Positions 14,587 to 27,215 of a stretch of DNA of 64,000 nucleotides are shown piece by piece. The stretch is from contig OX597818.1 in the NCBI GenBank assembly GCA_951406725.2, positions 29,698,001 through 29,762,000 of the forward strand, written 5' to 3'. The translations under genes were made by a program, and so were the position numbers. The notes below the pieces were generated by a model, which was given only the letters and a program-made list of their open reading frames with translations, did not search any database and was not told the DNA's origin. How positions within the stretch are numbered: the stretch's first letter is position 1; each line of letters starts with the position of its first letter. The stretch is from Octopus vulgaris (Eukaryota).

Positions 14587-15099
14587 CTAATTCAAAAATA
14601 TAAATATTAATATATCAAAATGTCTTATCATTTATTTTTCTTTTATTATCTTCACATAACTTAATAACTCATACAGGCAAATTTTCACAAGTATACTAAA
14701 ACACTATCAAGTTACCACTCAATTACTGAAATCAAATAGCCTTAATTTGTGAGATGAGAAGACAAATATTTGATTTGAGTTCTCTGGTGAGTGAGGTGTC
14801 ATTATACAACTCAGAGACAGGCCTGGTGAAGTAGCCAAAAATTTAGGCCACATTATGACCAAAGAAGCTAATATAACTGTTTTTCTTGATAATCTGCTAA
14901 ATAACTCACCATACAAAGAGAAACAGTTAAACTGAAGGTAAGTACAACTAGTCATAACAGTGAAACTTTCATATTCCTTTCTATTTACTCATTTCCTTCT
15001 TCTGTCTTTTGTTTCCCTTTTTCCTTTATTGCCCTGTCTTTTTAAACTTTATAGAACTGCTTATTGAAGTTGTTTGCATGTCCTATATAGCTCCTCTAG

Positions 15100-15440
15100 G
15101 TGTAGGTATGACTGAATTGTTAAGAAGCCTGCTTCCCAACTATATGGTCTCCAGTTCAGTCCCACTGCATGGCACCTAGGGCAAATGGCTTCTACTATAG
15201 CCCTGGGTTGACCAAAGTTTTGTTACTGGATTTCATAGGCAGAAACTGAAAGAAGCCCATCATATATAAGTATGTGTGTGTGAGATTGTGATGACAGCGA
15301 ACAAGCATCACCATCACACAAACAACATCATTCGTTTTCAGCCTTCCATGAAAAATGTGTCTGGCTTATATGGGAAACAGATGAGGGTCAGTAACAAGAA
15401 GGGCATCTGGTCATAGAAAATTTGCTTCAACAAATTCTGG
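15100..15440 (+). mobile_element. tRNA-derived SINE (ttcagtcccactg...gggcaa.tg.cttctactatagc core)
   Basis: Family recurs at 16590-16735 (-), 20860-21020 (-), 30415-30570, 47425-47730, 50270-50400 (-) and 55485-55900. Confidence 0.65.
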
Positions 15441-16264
15441 CTGACAAATATAGATTTAACCCTCTCAGACCTGGGTCTCTATGTCTAACTTTGCCCTCCA
15501 CCTGGGTTCCTGAGCAAAAAAATAAATAGTTGCATATACAGCTCAAAGTAATGACTGCAGGCAAACTAATGGACAGAATCGCAAAAAAAAAATTCAGAAT
15601 ACCAATAATAGGCCTTTCTCTCAACTACTGTATTTGTCAGGCAAATTAATGGACAGTGTCACAAAAAAATGCACAAGAATAAAAATAATAGGTCTATCTC
15701 TCAACTACAGTATTTGTTCACCCTAATTGCTACTTTCCTCATAACTTTCACCAGTTTGATTGTCCAAAATACTCTCATATATATTCCAAAGAATAAATAT
15801 CATCAATAATTTCTTCAACTGCAAAAAGTCTAAGCCTTACTCATTTACAAGACTAAGTGCTGGATTCATCACTCAATTGTTTTGTCAAAAAATCTTTTTT
15901 TTTCATCAAAAACAAAAGTAACAACAGCTATGCCATTATCAATGAGCCGTAAACACACTTGACAACAAAGCTGCAATGTGATCCGGTGTCTAATTTTAGT
16001 ATTTTATCTTCTTTTTCTACATCTGTTGTTCATTACTGCTTTAGTGGGAACTTGGCAGAGATGACACTTAAGCTATTTCCGCTATAACAGGAACATGGTG
16101 CGATGGTTAAATCAGAAATATCCCCCTAAGAAGAAAGATCCTGAAAATTTTTTATTGACAAATTAAAAAGGTGACATTTCAGCATTGTAACAACCCTTTC
16201 CTGGAAACTTCAAACAATTACAACCTTTAAGCAATCCAAAACATATTCTTGTAGGTAAAACAGC

Positions 16265-16342
<78 letters not shown>

Positions 16343-16553
16343 CTTGTTTCAATCATTAGGCTGTGGCCATGCAGGGGTATCACCTTGAAGAATTATTAGT
16401 TGACTGAATTAACACCAAGACCTTTTTGTTTCAAGCCTGGTACTTATTTTTTCAGTTTTTTTGTTTTTTTTGCCGAACTACTAGATTATGGAGACATAAA
16501 CACACCAACACCAATTGCCAAGCAGTGTATTGGGGACAAACACCAAGTCATAC

Positions 16554-16594
<41 letters not shown>

Positions 16595-16940
16595 GTTTCT
16601 TTCAGTTTCTGCCACACACAAGATTTTGGTCAGCCCAAGGCTATAATAGAAGACACTTACCCAAGGTGCTATAAAGTGGGTCAGGACTCAGGACCATGTG
16701 ATTGGGAAGCAATCTTCTTACCATACAGCTACGCCTTCTTTTCTGATATATATATATATATATATCATCATAATCATCATCATTTAACATCTGTTTTCCA
16801 TGCTGGCATGGGTTGGACAGTTTGACTGAAAACTGGTAAGCTGCCCAGGTTTCAGTCTGATTTGGCATGGTTTCTACAGCTGGATGTCCTTCCTAATGCC
16901 AACCACTCCAACAGTGTAGTGGGTGCCAGTTATGAAACAT

Positions 16941-16994
<54 letters not shown>

Positions 16995-17052
16995 ATATTT
17001 CGTTTTTGGATTTGGTTTGTAAGATTCTTTATATGAATTCATGTGTTGAAGC

Positions 17053-17225
17053 ATATACTGTTGTGTCTGGGGAGAGTCATTTTCTTTTTGTGCCTTATAA
17101 TGTAACACACTCACCAGTAAAATTTCCACTTTTTTCTTATTTTTATTGTCCTAAAATTTACTGGTGAGTGTGTTACATTATAAGGCACAAAAAGAAAATA
17201 ACTCTCCCCAGACACAATAGTATAT
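17053..17225. repeat. Fold-back inverted repeat (~72-bp arms, ~28-nt loop)
   Basis: tatactgttgtgtctggggagag...caccagtaaaattt is inverted as aaatttactggtg...ctctccccagacacaatagtata; embedded in (TA)n tracts. Confidence 0.9.
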
Positions 17226-17337
17226 AAACATACACATATACATACATACATATATATATAAAAACATGCGTATATACATACATACATATATATATAAAAA
17301 CATGCGTATATACATACATACATATATAAAAACATGC

Positions 17338-17444
<107 letters not shown>

Positions 17445-18067
17445 ACACACACACACATACATCATCATCATTTAATATCCACATTCCATGCTGGCACGGG
17501 TTGGCTGCTTTGACAGGATCTAATGGGTCCAAGGACTGCACTGTGCTTCGATGTCTGTTTTGGCATAGTTTCTATAGTTGGATGTCTTTCTAATGCCAAC
17601 CCCTATTCAACAAATATTGGGTGCTTTTTTGTTGCGCCAGCACTAGTGAGGTTGCCGTGAGGCCAGCAAGATTAATATTCCATTTGACTGAGTGGGGCTA
17701 CTGTAGAGAAGGCAGATATATGCTATGGGATGGGAGGGTTAAAGTGAGAGACAAGGGGCCAGAATAGAACAGGTTTGATGCTGTAGGGAATTGCACAGCT
17801 ACTCACATTATAGAAAAAAGGGTGGGAGTGGTTAGGGTAGCAGCACTTCTTTATACAATAGTCCTCATACATATGCACTGCATGCCCATACCAGAGTAGT
17901 CCTACATCTGATTCCTATTATACTCTTATATTTTTCTCAGCATATTCATACTTTGCTGTAACTTGTAGTGTGAGATTTATGCTAACCCTATTGACAATAA
18001 CTTTGAATTTTTTTAAGGTGTATGACATTTACTTTGAAATTTCAAAGTCTCTATTAATATATATCTT

Positions 18068-18375
18068 CGAAGCTAGCATGATCCGCTGGATGTGTAATGT
18101 CAGTGTGAACACACGACAGAGTGTAAGCGCCCTGAGAGAAATGCTGGACATAAGAAGCATCAAATGTGGTGTGCAAGAGAGACGTTTGTGCTGGGATGGT
18201 CATGTACTGTGGATGGATGAGGAGAGGTGTGTGAAGAAGTGCCACTCCCAAACAGTTGAAGGTATCTGGAGGAGAGGTAGACCCAGGAAGACATGGGATG
18301 AGGTGGTCAAGCATGACCTTTGAACGTTGGGCCTCACAGAGGCAATAACGAAAGACCAAGATCTTTGGAGATAAG
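18068..18375 (+). mobile_element. RTE LINE ORF2 C-terminal fragment
   Basis: EASMIRWMCNV...RRLCWDGHVLWM...RGRPRKTW, a typical RTE C-terminus. Confidence 0.8.
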
Positions 18376-18481
18376 CAGTGACCTGAACAACGACGATGAA
18401 GTCGCCGCTGCCAATGACGACAACAACAACATCATTGAAAAATACCTTAGGAACGAGAACCCAGGTTCAAAATTTCCCTGA

Positions 18482-18526
18482 GACACCTGATGAAGGCTGG
18501 AGGATATATATCAGCCGAAACATGTT
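18482..18526 (+). ncRNA. Hammerhead-like motif (type I, probably degenerate) in a short repeat at 18375-18575
   Basis: GACAC-CTGATGA-A-GGCTG...CAGCC-GAAAC-ATGTT; core and stem II intact, stem III/cleavage triplet appears shortened. Confidence 0.55.
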
Positions 18527-18894
18527 AACAACAAAGATGAGGACAAATATTCGTCAAATGTCAATAATTATCCTTTAAGATATTTTAAATTTCATTTCCC
18601 TCCCCTCTCTTTCATAGAAAGCCCTTTCCTTCTTACTATATCCATAGTCTCTCATCTCTCTATCTCCCCACACAAAAATGTAACACATTACCCGATAAGT
18701 GCGGGTGCACTTATCAAAATTTACCAAATCCTTTACAAAACCTTTTTTCCAAATTTTAAGCCCCCAAAATTAGAGGGTTCCTTATACAAGTTAAAATATG
18801 GTATATATATATATATTAATTTAGAGATAGTAGGCCCCTACATCTCATCATATAAAAAGAATTTTTATTTTAAATACCTACTGTTTTATTACTT

Positions 18895-18989
18895 GGCAAC
18901 ACGTGTTTCATGAGGTACATCCTCTGGTTCCTAAACCACTCTGTGTTTACCTGGAACCCTTCTTAAAATGTAACCCCAATCATCAGGCC
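18895..18989 (-). ncRNA. Type-I hammerhead ribozyme motif, sense to the SSBP1 intron
   Basis: Minus strand reads GGC-CTGATGA-T-TGGGGTTAC...GTACCTCA-T-GAAA-CACGTG-TT-GCC; palindromic stem III ACACGTGT; stem I GGC/GCC. Confidence 0.6.
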
Positions 18990-19463
18990 CTTATATCACT
19001 TTATCAATGTTCAATACAATAAACTATATTTTAATTTTTTAAAGCCCTTAAGTATGTGTAAAGTAGGTATGTTTAAATTAGGTTTGCTGGACCCTACAGT
19101 ACAAGCCATAATTCAGATAAAAATTCAAATAAAAAGTTACAAAAATAAAGTAAGGAATAAAAAAGCTAAAAAAATATACGAAAATTTACAAAAACTATGT
19201 TAGTAATATATAGTGTTCCAAATAAAATTAAATTTACAAAAACTATGTTAGTAATATATAAAAAAAATATTTAAAAATGTGAATAAAAATGAAAGGAATA
19301 GCAAGAAAAACTATATATGAATAAAAATAAAAGGGATGGCAAGAAAAATATACATGAATAAAAATTAATAAACATGGAGGCAATGACAAAAAAATAATTT
19401 CGAATAAAAGCTATAGTTCCAATTGCGAGCTGCAAAATTTCCAAGTGATACGAATGGTAACTT

Positions 19464-19494
<31 letters not shown>

Positions 19495-19621
19495 TTGATA
19501 AAACGGTAAGATAACAAAAGAAAGAAAGAGACCTCGATATTATGTAAATAGAGGAAATTTATCTATACAATAATGTATAGATAAATTTATCGATACAGTA
19601 ATGTAACATATTATTGTATAG

Positions 19622-19664
<43 letters not shown>

Positions 19665-19842
19665 TAAAGTTAATAAAAGAAAATGGAGAAGAAAAAATTT
19701 GATACATGGTTCATTGGTTCATATATATTGCAGAACTTTCTTTCAATATATTATAATGCCAGTGGATATCGGGATTGTTATTAACAATCCCTTTTGAGGA
19801 AATTACCTCCTCAATTTTTGTATATGTGTGTGTATAAAAAAA

Positions 19843-19994
19843 TACAAAAATGAAACAACAAAACATCCAGATAGACGATACAAAGAAACCAAGGACGGGT
19901 CATTCGAAGTTTTTTTATATCAGTTGAGTACCAGATTATCGTCCTTGTATTCTTTGTATCATCTATCTGGATGTTGTGTTGTCTCGTTTTTGTA
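19843..19994. repeat. Fold-back inverted repeat (~55-bp arms)
   Basis: tacaaaaatgaaacaac...ccagatagacgatacaaagaa.ccaaggacg pairs with cgtccttg.attctttgtatcatctatctgg...tttttgta. Confidence 0.85.
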
Positions 19995-20039
19995 TCACCT
20001 AACTGTCTGGATGTTTTGCGTTCTTGTCCCATTCTGTAT

Positions 20040-20767
20040 TTTATGTGTAATGTCAGTGTTCATACTCGACAGAGTGTAAGTACCTTGAGAGAAAAGTTGG
20101 ACCTAAGAAGCATCAGTTGTGGTGTGCAAGAGAGACGTTTGCACTGGTATGGTCATGTGACAAGAATGGCTGAAGATAGTTGTGTTCAAAAGTGCCACAC
20201 CCTAGCGGTTGAGGGAACCTGTGGAAGAGGTAGACCCAGAAAAACCTGGGACGTGGTGGTGAAGCATGACCTTCGAACTTTAGGTCTCACCAAGGAAATG
20301 ACTAGAGACCGAGACCTATGGAAGTATGCTGTGCGTGAGAAGACCCGGCAAGACTAGTGAGACCATAACCCGTGGCCTCTACCTGGTATGTAGCCAGTCG
20401 ACTTATACATACCTTTCCTTCTTGGGACACAAAACTCCACTTGTGAAGACCCGTTGAGACAAGTAAGCGAACCATCCGATCGTGGCCGTTGCCAGCGCCG
20501 CCCCGACTGGCCTCCGTGCCGGTGGCACATAAAAAGCACCATCCGTCCGTGGCCGTTTGCCAGCCCCGTCTGGCACCTGTGCGGGTGGCACGTAAAAAGC
20601 ACCCACTACACTCACAGAGTGGTTGGCGTTAGGAAGGGCATCCAGCCGTAGAAACACTGCCAGATCAGACTGGGCCTGATGCAGCCTTCTGGCTTCCCAG
20701 ACCCCAGTTGAACCGTCCAACCCAGGCTAGCATGGAAAGCGGACGCTAAATGATGATGATGATGATG
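20040..20767 (+). mobile_element. 5'-truncated RTE LINE: ORF2 C-terminus, 3' UTR and (TGA)n tail
   Basis: Open frame RRLHWYGHVTRM...GRGRPRKTW...TRDRDLWK to TAG at 20357, then a UTR ending ggacgctaaa(tga)n. Confidence 0.9.
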
Positions 20768-21354
20768 ATATATATATATATATAGTGGTGTGTGTACACT
20801 TTGGTCTCTTATATATATATATATATACACACACACATACATACATGTGTGTGTGCAATGAGCTTCTTTCAGTTTCTATCCACCAAATCTGCTCACAGGG
20901 CTTTGGTTGGTCCTGATCTATAGTAGAAGATAGTTGTTCAAAGTACAATTCAATGGGATTGAATACACCCAAAATCATATTGTTAGGAAGTAAACTTCTT
21001 AACTACACAGCCATGCCAGCGAATGTGTGTGCAAGTGTGTATGTATGTATGTATGTATGTATGTATATATATATAATCATCGTTTGATGTCTGCTTTCCA
21101 TGCTGGCATGGGTTGGATGGCTTGACTGAGGACTGGTGAGCCAGATGGCTGCACCAGGCTCCAATCTGATCTGACAGAGTTTCTACAGCTGGATGCCCTT
21201 CCTAACGCCAACCACTCCGAGAGCGTAGTGGGTGCTTTTACGTGCCACTGGCACGATGGCCATTTAGGCGGTACTGGCAACAGCCACACTTGAATGGTGT
21301 TTTTTTACTTGCCACCTGCACAGGGGCTAGTCCAGTGGCACTGGCACCAACCTC

Positions 21355-22135
21355 GGCGTACCTGGTAATTCCTGGAAAAGCAGAGCCTATCCCTTGGTTC
21401 CATTCTCATAATTGTTTCACTAATCCAATAACAATAATACAAAGTGTACAGCTCTTAAAACGGTTTTTGTGCATTTACAGAGAATACTGAAATGTCTTAC
21501 ACAGGATTTTGTTTTTAGGAACTTCCAATAAGTTCTGAATACCCAAATTGTGAAGTCAGTTATGTAATAACAAAATGTGGAATTGCCTTGACCACCCATA
21601 GCTTGCACTCGAGTGTCCAGGTCAAGTAATGCTTCATTGTAAATGGCATTATTGAACGTGGCAATTTCCGCTGAGCTTTGTCTTTGAATCCTTACTAGAT
21701 GTCTTCTGCCATGTTAGTTTTGTGGATTGCCCAAAGCTTGAGAGGTTCATGCAAGCCACATGTCTTAAAAATGATAGAAAATAGCTGGCACAGTTGATTT
21801 AGTGCTGTGCTGACTGCTGCCTCCTCCAGTGTCTGGTCCCAATGAGCACCATCCTCCAGTAATCCATGTTTGGTGCAGGCTTCTCTATAGGTTGTGCAGA
21901 CTTCCCATTGTGTCTTCGAATGTCTGTGAATGATGTAGGACCTCTGACAGTGTGTAGCAGTAGATGCAGAAAGAGGCACTCCTGCTGATTAGGGTGCACA
22001 GTGTACACACCGCCCGAAGTAAACAGCATCTTCTTCCCAGCCCTCAATGTATGTTTCTTACTTGCATCTGTTCCATCTATTGTGTGCCAAGGTATAGTAC
22101 ACAGGGACCTCTACATACAACAGTGTTTGGGCAAA
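21355..22135 (-). mobile_element. Helitron RepHel pseudogene fragment (copy 1)
   Basis: VYTVHP...LLLHTVRGPTSFTDIR, TYREAC..HGLLEDGAHWDQTLEEA, P.KLW..HK..MAED and YNEALLDL match the linker between Rep and Pif1 helicase in Helitrons; frameshifted. Confidence 0.85.
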
Positions 22136-22893
22136 CGGCACCCACTACACTCACGGAGTGGTTGGCGTTAGGAAGGGCATCCAGCCATAGAAACATTGCC
22201 AGATCAGACTGGGCCTGATGCAGCCTTCTGGCTTCCCAGACTCCAGTTGAACCGTCCAACCTAGGCTAGCATGGAAAGCAGACGCTAAATGATGATGATG
22301 ATGATGATATATATATATATATAGTGGTGTGTGTACACTTTGGTCTCTTATATATATATATATATATACACACACACATACATACATGTGTGTGTGCAAT
22401 GAGCTTCTTTCAGTTTCTATCCACCAAATCTGCTCACAGGGCTTTGGTTGGTCCTGATCTATAGTAGAAGATAGTTGTTCAAAGTACAATTCAATGGGAT
22501 TGAATACACCCAAAATCATATTGTTAGGAAGTAAACTTCTTAACTACACAGCCATGCCAGCGAATGTGTGTGCAAGTGTGTATGTATGTATGTATGTATG
22601 TATGTATATATATAATCATCGTTTGATGTCTGCTTTCCATGCTGGCATGGGTTGGATGGCTTGACTGAGGACTGGTGAGCCAGATGGCTGCACCAGGCTC
22701 CAATCTGATCTGACAGAGTTTCTACAGCTGGATGCCCTTCCTAACGCCAACCACTCCGAGAGCGTAGTGGGTGCTTTTACGTGCCACTGGCACGATGGCC
22801 ATTTAGGCGGTACTGGCAACAGCCACACTTGAATGGTGTTTTTTTACTTGCCACCTGCACAGGGGCTAGTCCAGTGGCACTGGCACCAACCTC

Positions 22894-23673
22894 GGCGTAC
22901 CTGGTAATTCCTGGAAAAGCAGAGCCTATCCCTTGGTTCCATTCTCATAATTGTTTCACTAATCCAATAACAATAATACAAAGTGTACAGCTCTTAAAAC
23001 GGTTTTTGTGCATTTACAGAGAATACTGAAATGTCTTACACAGGATTTTGTTTTTAGGAACTTCCAATAAGTTCTGAATACCCAAATTGTGAAGTCAGTT
23101 ATGTAATAACAAAATGTGGAATTGCCTTGACCACCCATAGCTTGCACTCGAGTGTCCAGGTCAAGTAATGCTTCATTGTAAATGGCATTATTGAACGTGG
23201 CAATTTCCGCTGAGCTTTGTCTTTGAATCCTTACTAGATGTCTTCTGCCATGTTAGTTTTGTGGATTGCCCAAAGCTTGAGAGGTTCATGCAAGCCACAT
23301 GTCTTAAAAATGATAGAAAATAGCTGGCACAGTTGATTTAGTGCTGTGCTGACTGCTGCCTCCTCCAGTGTCTGGTCCCAATGAGCACCATCCTCCAGTA
23401 ATCCATGTTTGGCGCAGGCTTCTCTATAGGTTGTGCAGACTTCCCATTGTGTCTTCGAATGTCTGTGAATGATGTAGGACCTCTGACAGTGTGTAGCAGT
23501 AGATGCAGAAAGAGGCACTCCTGCTGATTAGGGTGCACAGTGTACACCCGCCCGAAGTAAACAGCATCTTCTTCCCAGCCCTCAATGTATGTTTCTTACT
23601 TGCATCTGTTCCATCTATTGTGTGCCAAGGTATAGTACACAGGGACCTCTACATACAACAGTGTTTGGGCAAA
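22894..23673 (-). mobile_element. Helitron RepHel pseudogene fragment (copy 2)
   Basis: Near-identical duplicate of 21355-22135. Confidence 0.85.
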
Positions 23674-24106
23674 CGGCACCCACTACACTCACGGAGTGGT
23701 TGGCGTTAGGAAGGGCATCCAGCCATAGAAACATTGCCAGATCAGACTGGGCCTGATGCAGCCTTCTGGCTTCCCAGACTCCAGTTGAACCGTCCAACCT
23801 ATGCTAGCATGGAAAGCAGACGCTAAATGATGATGATGATGATGATGATATATATATATATAGTGGTGTGTGTACACTTTGGTCTCTTATATATATCATC
23901 ATCATCATCATCATCATTTAGCGTCCGTTTTCCATGCTAGCATGGGTTGGACGGTTCAACTGGGGTCTGTGAAGCCGGATGGTTTCATCAGGCCCAGTCA
24001 GATCTGGCAGTGTTTCTACGGCTGGATGCCCTTCCTAACGCCAACCACTCCGTGAGTGTAGTGGGTGCTTTTTACGTGCCACCCACACAGGTGCCAGACA
24101 GAGCTA

Positions 24107-25359
24107 CGAGGGGCGTTCAATAAGTAATGCCTCTGACCCACTTGTTTGATCTAGCTGAAATTTTGCATGTGCAAATACCTATATCTCTATAGATTAAGTG
24201 GCAAATTACAGCTCCGAACTAATTGTGGTTTCTGATTTACAGGTGTTTGAACTGAGTCAAGTGTGAAACGGAGCCTGTTGAGTGTCGAGCAGTGATGCGG
24301 TTTTTGTATTTGAAAGGACGCACACCACGGGAGACTTTTGATGAAATAAAAGTAACTTATGGTGATGATGCCCCATCATATGACCTTGTAAAACGCTGGC
24401 ATCGTGAATTCAAACATGGTTGGAACTTTGTGGAAACAGCTCCCAGATCTGGTCGCACCCCTTCTGCCATTGATGAGGCATCTGTCCGTCAAGTTGAGGC
24501 TGCCATTTTGGAAGATCGACGCATAACTATTCGCCAAATAGCCCATGAGGTCAAGATTAGTACCGGGTCTGTGGAAACTATCATTCATGACCATTTGCAT
24601 ATGCAAAAGGTGTCTGCCAGATGGATTCCCAGGCTGCTCACACCTTTCCAGAAGCAAGAACGCGTCAATAGCGCGAGGATGAATTTGAAGATGTGCCAAG
24701 AAGATGAGTCAAAATTTTTCAAAAGACTGATTACACAGGATGAAATCTGGGTCCATCACTATGATCCAGAGACCAAAGCCCAGTCAATGCAGTGGAAGCA
24801 CCGTGACTCACCTCCTCCAAAGAAGGCAAGGGTGCAGCCCTCCGCTGGCAAGGTCAGGCTCACAGTCTTCTGGGACCAAGACGGAGTAGTGATGACAGAT
24901 TTCTTGGCAAAGGGTGCCACAATTACAGAAGTCTATTATGCTTAACTTTTGAGGAAATTAAGAGAAGCTATCAAAATCAAGAGGCGGGGCAAGATCAGCA
25001 AAGGCATCCTCCTCCTGCAGGACAACGCTCCGATCCACAACTCGCGTGTCGCCAGATCAGAAGCACAGGCGTGCGGCTATGAACTCATCCCCCATCTCCT
25101 GACCTGCACCCTCTGATTTTCACCTCTTCCCAGCCATGAAGTTGTTTTTGAAACAACTTGATTTCTGAAGTCACGTCGTGGTTGGAGGACCAAGCTGGGG
25201 TCTTCTACAAAAACGGTCTTCAGAGCTGCATCAAACGATGGGAGAAATGCGTAACTCTGGGTGGTTCCTATGTAGAAAAAGACTAATAACTGTGCCAAGT
25301 TTCGTTGCTCTACTGCTATGGGAAGTGGGTCAGGGGCATTACTTATTGAACGCCCCTCG
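24107..25359 (+). mobile_element. Near-full-length mariner transposon with inactive transposase
   Basis: 37-bp TIRs CGAGGGGCGTTCAATAAGTAATGCC(T/C)CTGACCCACTT with one mismatch and TA on both sides. Motifs WIPRLL, ITQDE, QDNAP.H and SPDL.PSDFHLF. Start mutated to ACG (24268), premature TAA at 24943, deletion at the YSPDL motif. Confidence 0.95.
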
Positions 25360-25397
<38 letters not shown>

Positions 25398-25849
25398 TTG
25401 GCATAATTTGAAGAAGGCTGTCAAAGTGGTTTCTCATGGATTCAGAACTACGTTTCAAGTCTGTGAAATATACACGCTGGCCATTTTCAAGATGTACAGA
25501 TAGATTCTAAGAAGGCATTCCTACATGTAATATATATATATATATATATATACCAGTGACAAAGGGTGACTTGGAAACCAGGCCATGCACTCCATAATAC
25601 AGGCCAATTGCCAAGGTGGAGAGTGGAGCAGTGAAGCTTTACTCTTCCCACCCTGGAAAAGTATCCCCCCACCCATCAGTGAATATGATATGAATTAATT
25701 TTAATGTGAAAAAAAAATACACTTCTATCAACAGGCCATACTTCAGGTTTGATATCTCCATGCACTGAACTTGATCTTCCATTAGCCTGCCATGATGACT
25801 TATTGGTTACACGAGAAATCTAAGAAAATAATAGTACCTATAAATAATG

Positions 25850-26520
25850 TACTATTTAAAATTTAGTAGTAAATCAGTTCAATTCTTCATTTTATTTTGG
25901 CAAATCAATCGCTTTGCTATAAAATGTATCAGCACTTCAAAAGGTCTTTATTCATGGAAATGAAAACCAAATTACTCAACCTCTCTTCACATACCTCACA
26001 TAATTATTTACTCACTTTAAGGAAGAAGGCAATTTCTCTCAGGAAGTAGATTTGGCAGTTATGATCAGAATTAGACCAGGGCTTGATTTAGTTCAAGCTC
26101 CTGTATTATGTTTGTGACTTCTTGGATGCTTGACACCTACTTTGCAAAATCTGCAGCATAAACTGATTTCAGCTTACATTTCAATCTATCTAAATCCAAT
26201 ATGCTTTTATAGACATCCAAAGATGAAAACACTTCCATCAAAAATATTTTTTGTAAGCATGAAAAAGCTTAAGATTCAATAAATCTGAACTCAAAGATTT
26301 AAAACAATGGTGTTTTAAATCTTTGCTCAATATAAAAAATTACGTCGTGCAAAATGTTAAACAAAGTTCGTAAAACAGTTTCTGGTTCTTGAGACCAATC
26401 ACACTTCTCTGGTGGTTCAGCAACACCATCCAGAACCCGGCAGTAAAATTCTTCAAACTTGCTATCCTTGATATCATAATAAACCCTAGGATTTGAACCC
26501 CTTCCACTACAGTGACAGTT
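25850..26520 (-). mobile_element. Highly decayed hAT-like transposase remnant
   Basis: FEEFY..V...EP....P....R...IL.DVI..IEQRF followed by ITAKSTS*E..SSLK*VNNYVR, resembling the hAT C-terminal dimerisation motif (ERSFS.LK..K.YLR). Confidence 0.45.
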
Positions 26521-26739
26521 CACTATCATGAGTGAGCCCCACTTGGAGCATGTAATCTTAACATGAACACTCTACAAAAAAATATCATGAATACAATGAA
26601 GATAGTAAAAAAATTATCAATGATAAATTCCATATTACACAAAAATTATTTATCCTGGAAAAATGAGAATTAGGCATGTAGTGTATGTGCTGCGTACATA
26701 CATTCTTTGCCCCTGAAATATATATCCGTTTAGTGAGTG

Positions 26740-27215
26740 AGACCTTTGGTGATGTGCTGTGTTTGAGAGCACCTGTCAAGCCTAGAGCATCCATGCTGGG
26801 GGCACATAAAGAATGTCTTTTGAACGTTGGGCCTCACAGAGGCTAAGTGGCTGAGTTTCTTTCGAGCGTTGGGCCTCACGGAGGCAAAGTGGCTGAGTTC
26901 CTTTCAAGTGTTGGGCCTCTTGGAGGCAATGACCAAGACCTTTGCATTATGTTGTGCTTGAGAAGAAAACCTATCAAGCAGCCATGGCAGATACCAGTGT
27001 CACGCAAACTGGCACCTATGCCGATGGCACGTAAACGTATCCTGGTGTTATGCAAATGGCATCCATGTCAGTGGCACGTAAAAGTACCCATTTCACTCTC
27101 GGAGTGGTTGGCAACCATGCCAAATCAGACTGGAGTCTGGTGCAGCCTTCCAGCATGCCAGCCCAGTCAAACCGTCCAATCCATACCAGCATGGACAATG
27201 GACATTAAATGATGA
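26740..27215 (+). mobile_element. RTE 3'-UTR-type repeat with three ~42-bp tandem units
   Basis: ctttcgagcgttgggcctcacggaggcaaagtggctgagtt repeats at 26817-26935; ends ggacattaaatgatgat. Confidence 0.65.

Larger units (their letters stand above)
20599..23895. repeat. Tandem duplication with ~1539-bp unit (two full copies plus a partial third)
   Basis: Identical ORF pairs offset by 1539 (21077/22616, 21242/22781, 21420/22959); only a few SNPs and small indels differ. Confidence 0.95.
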
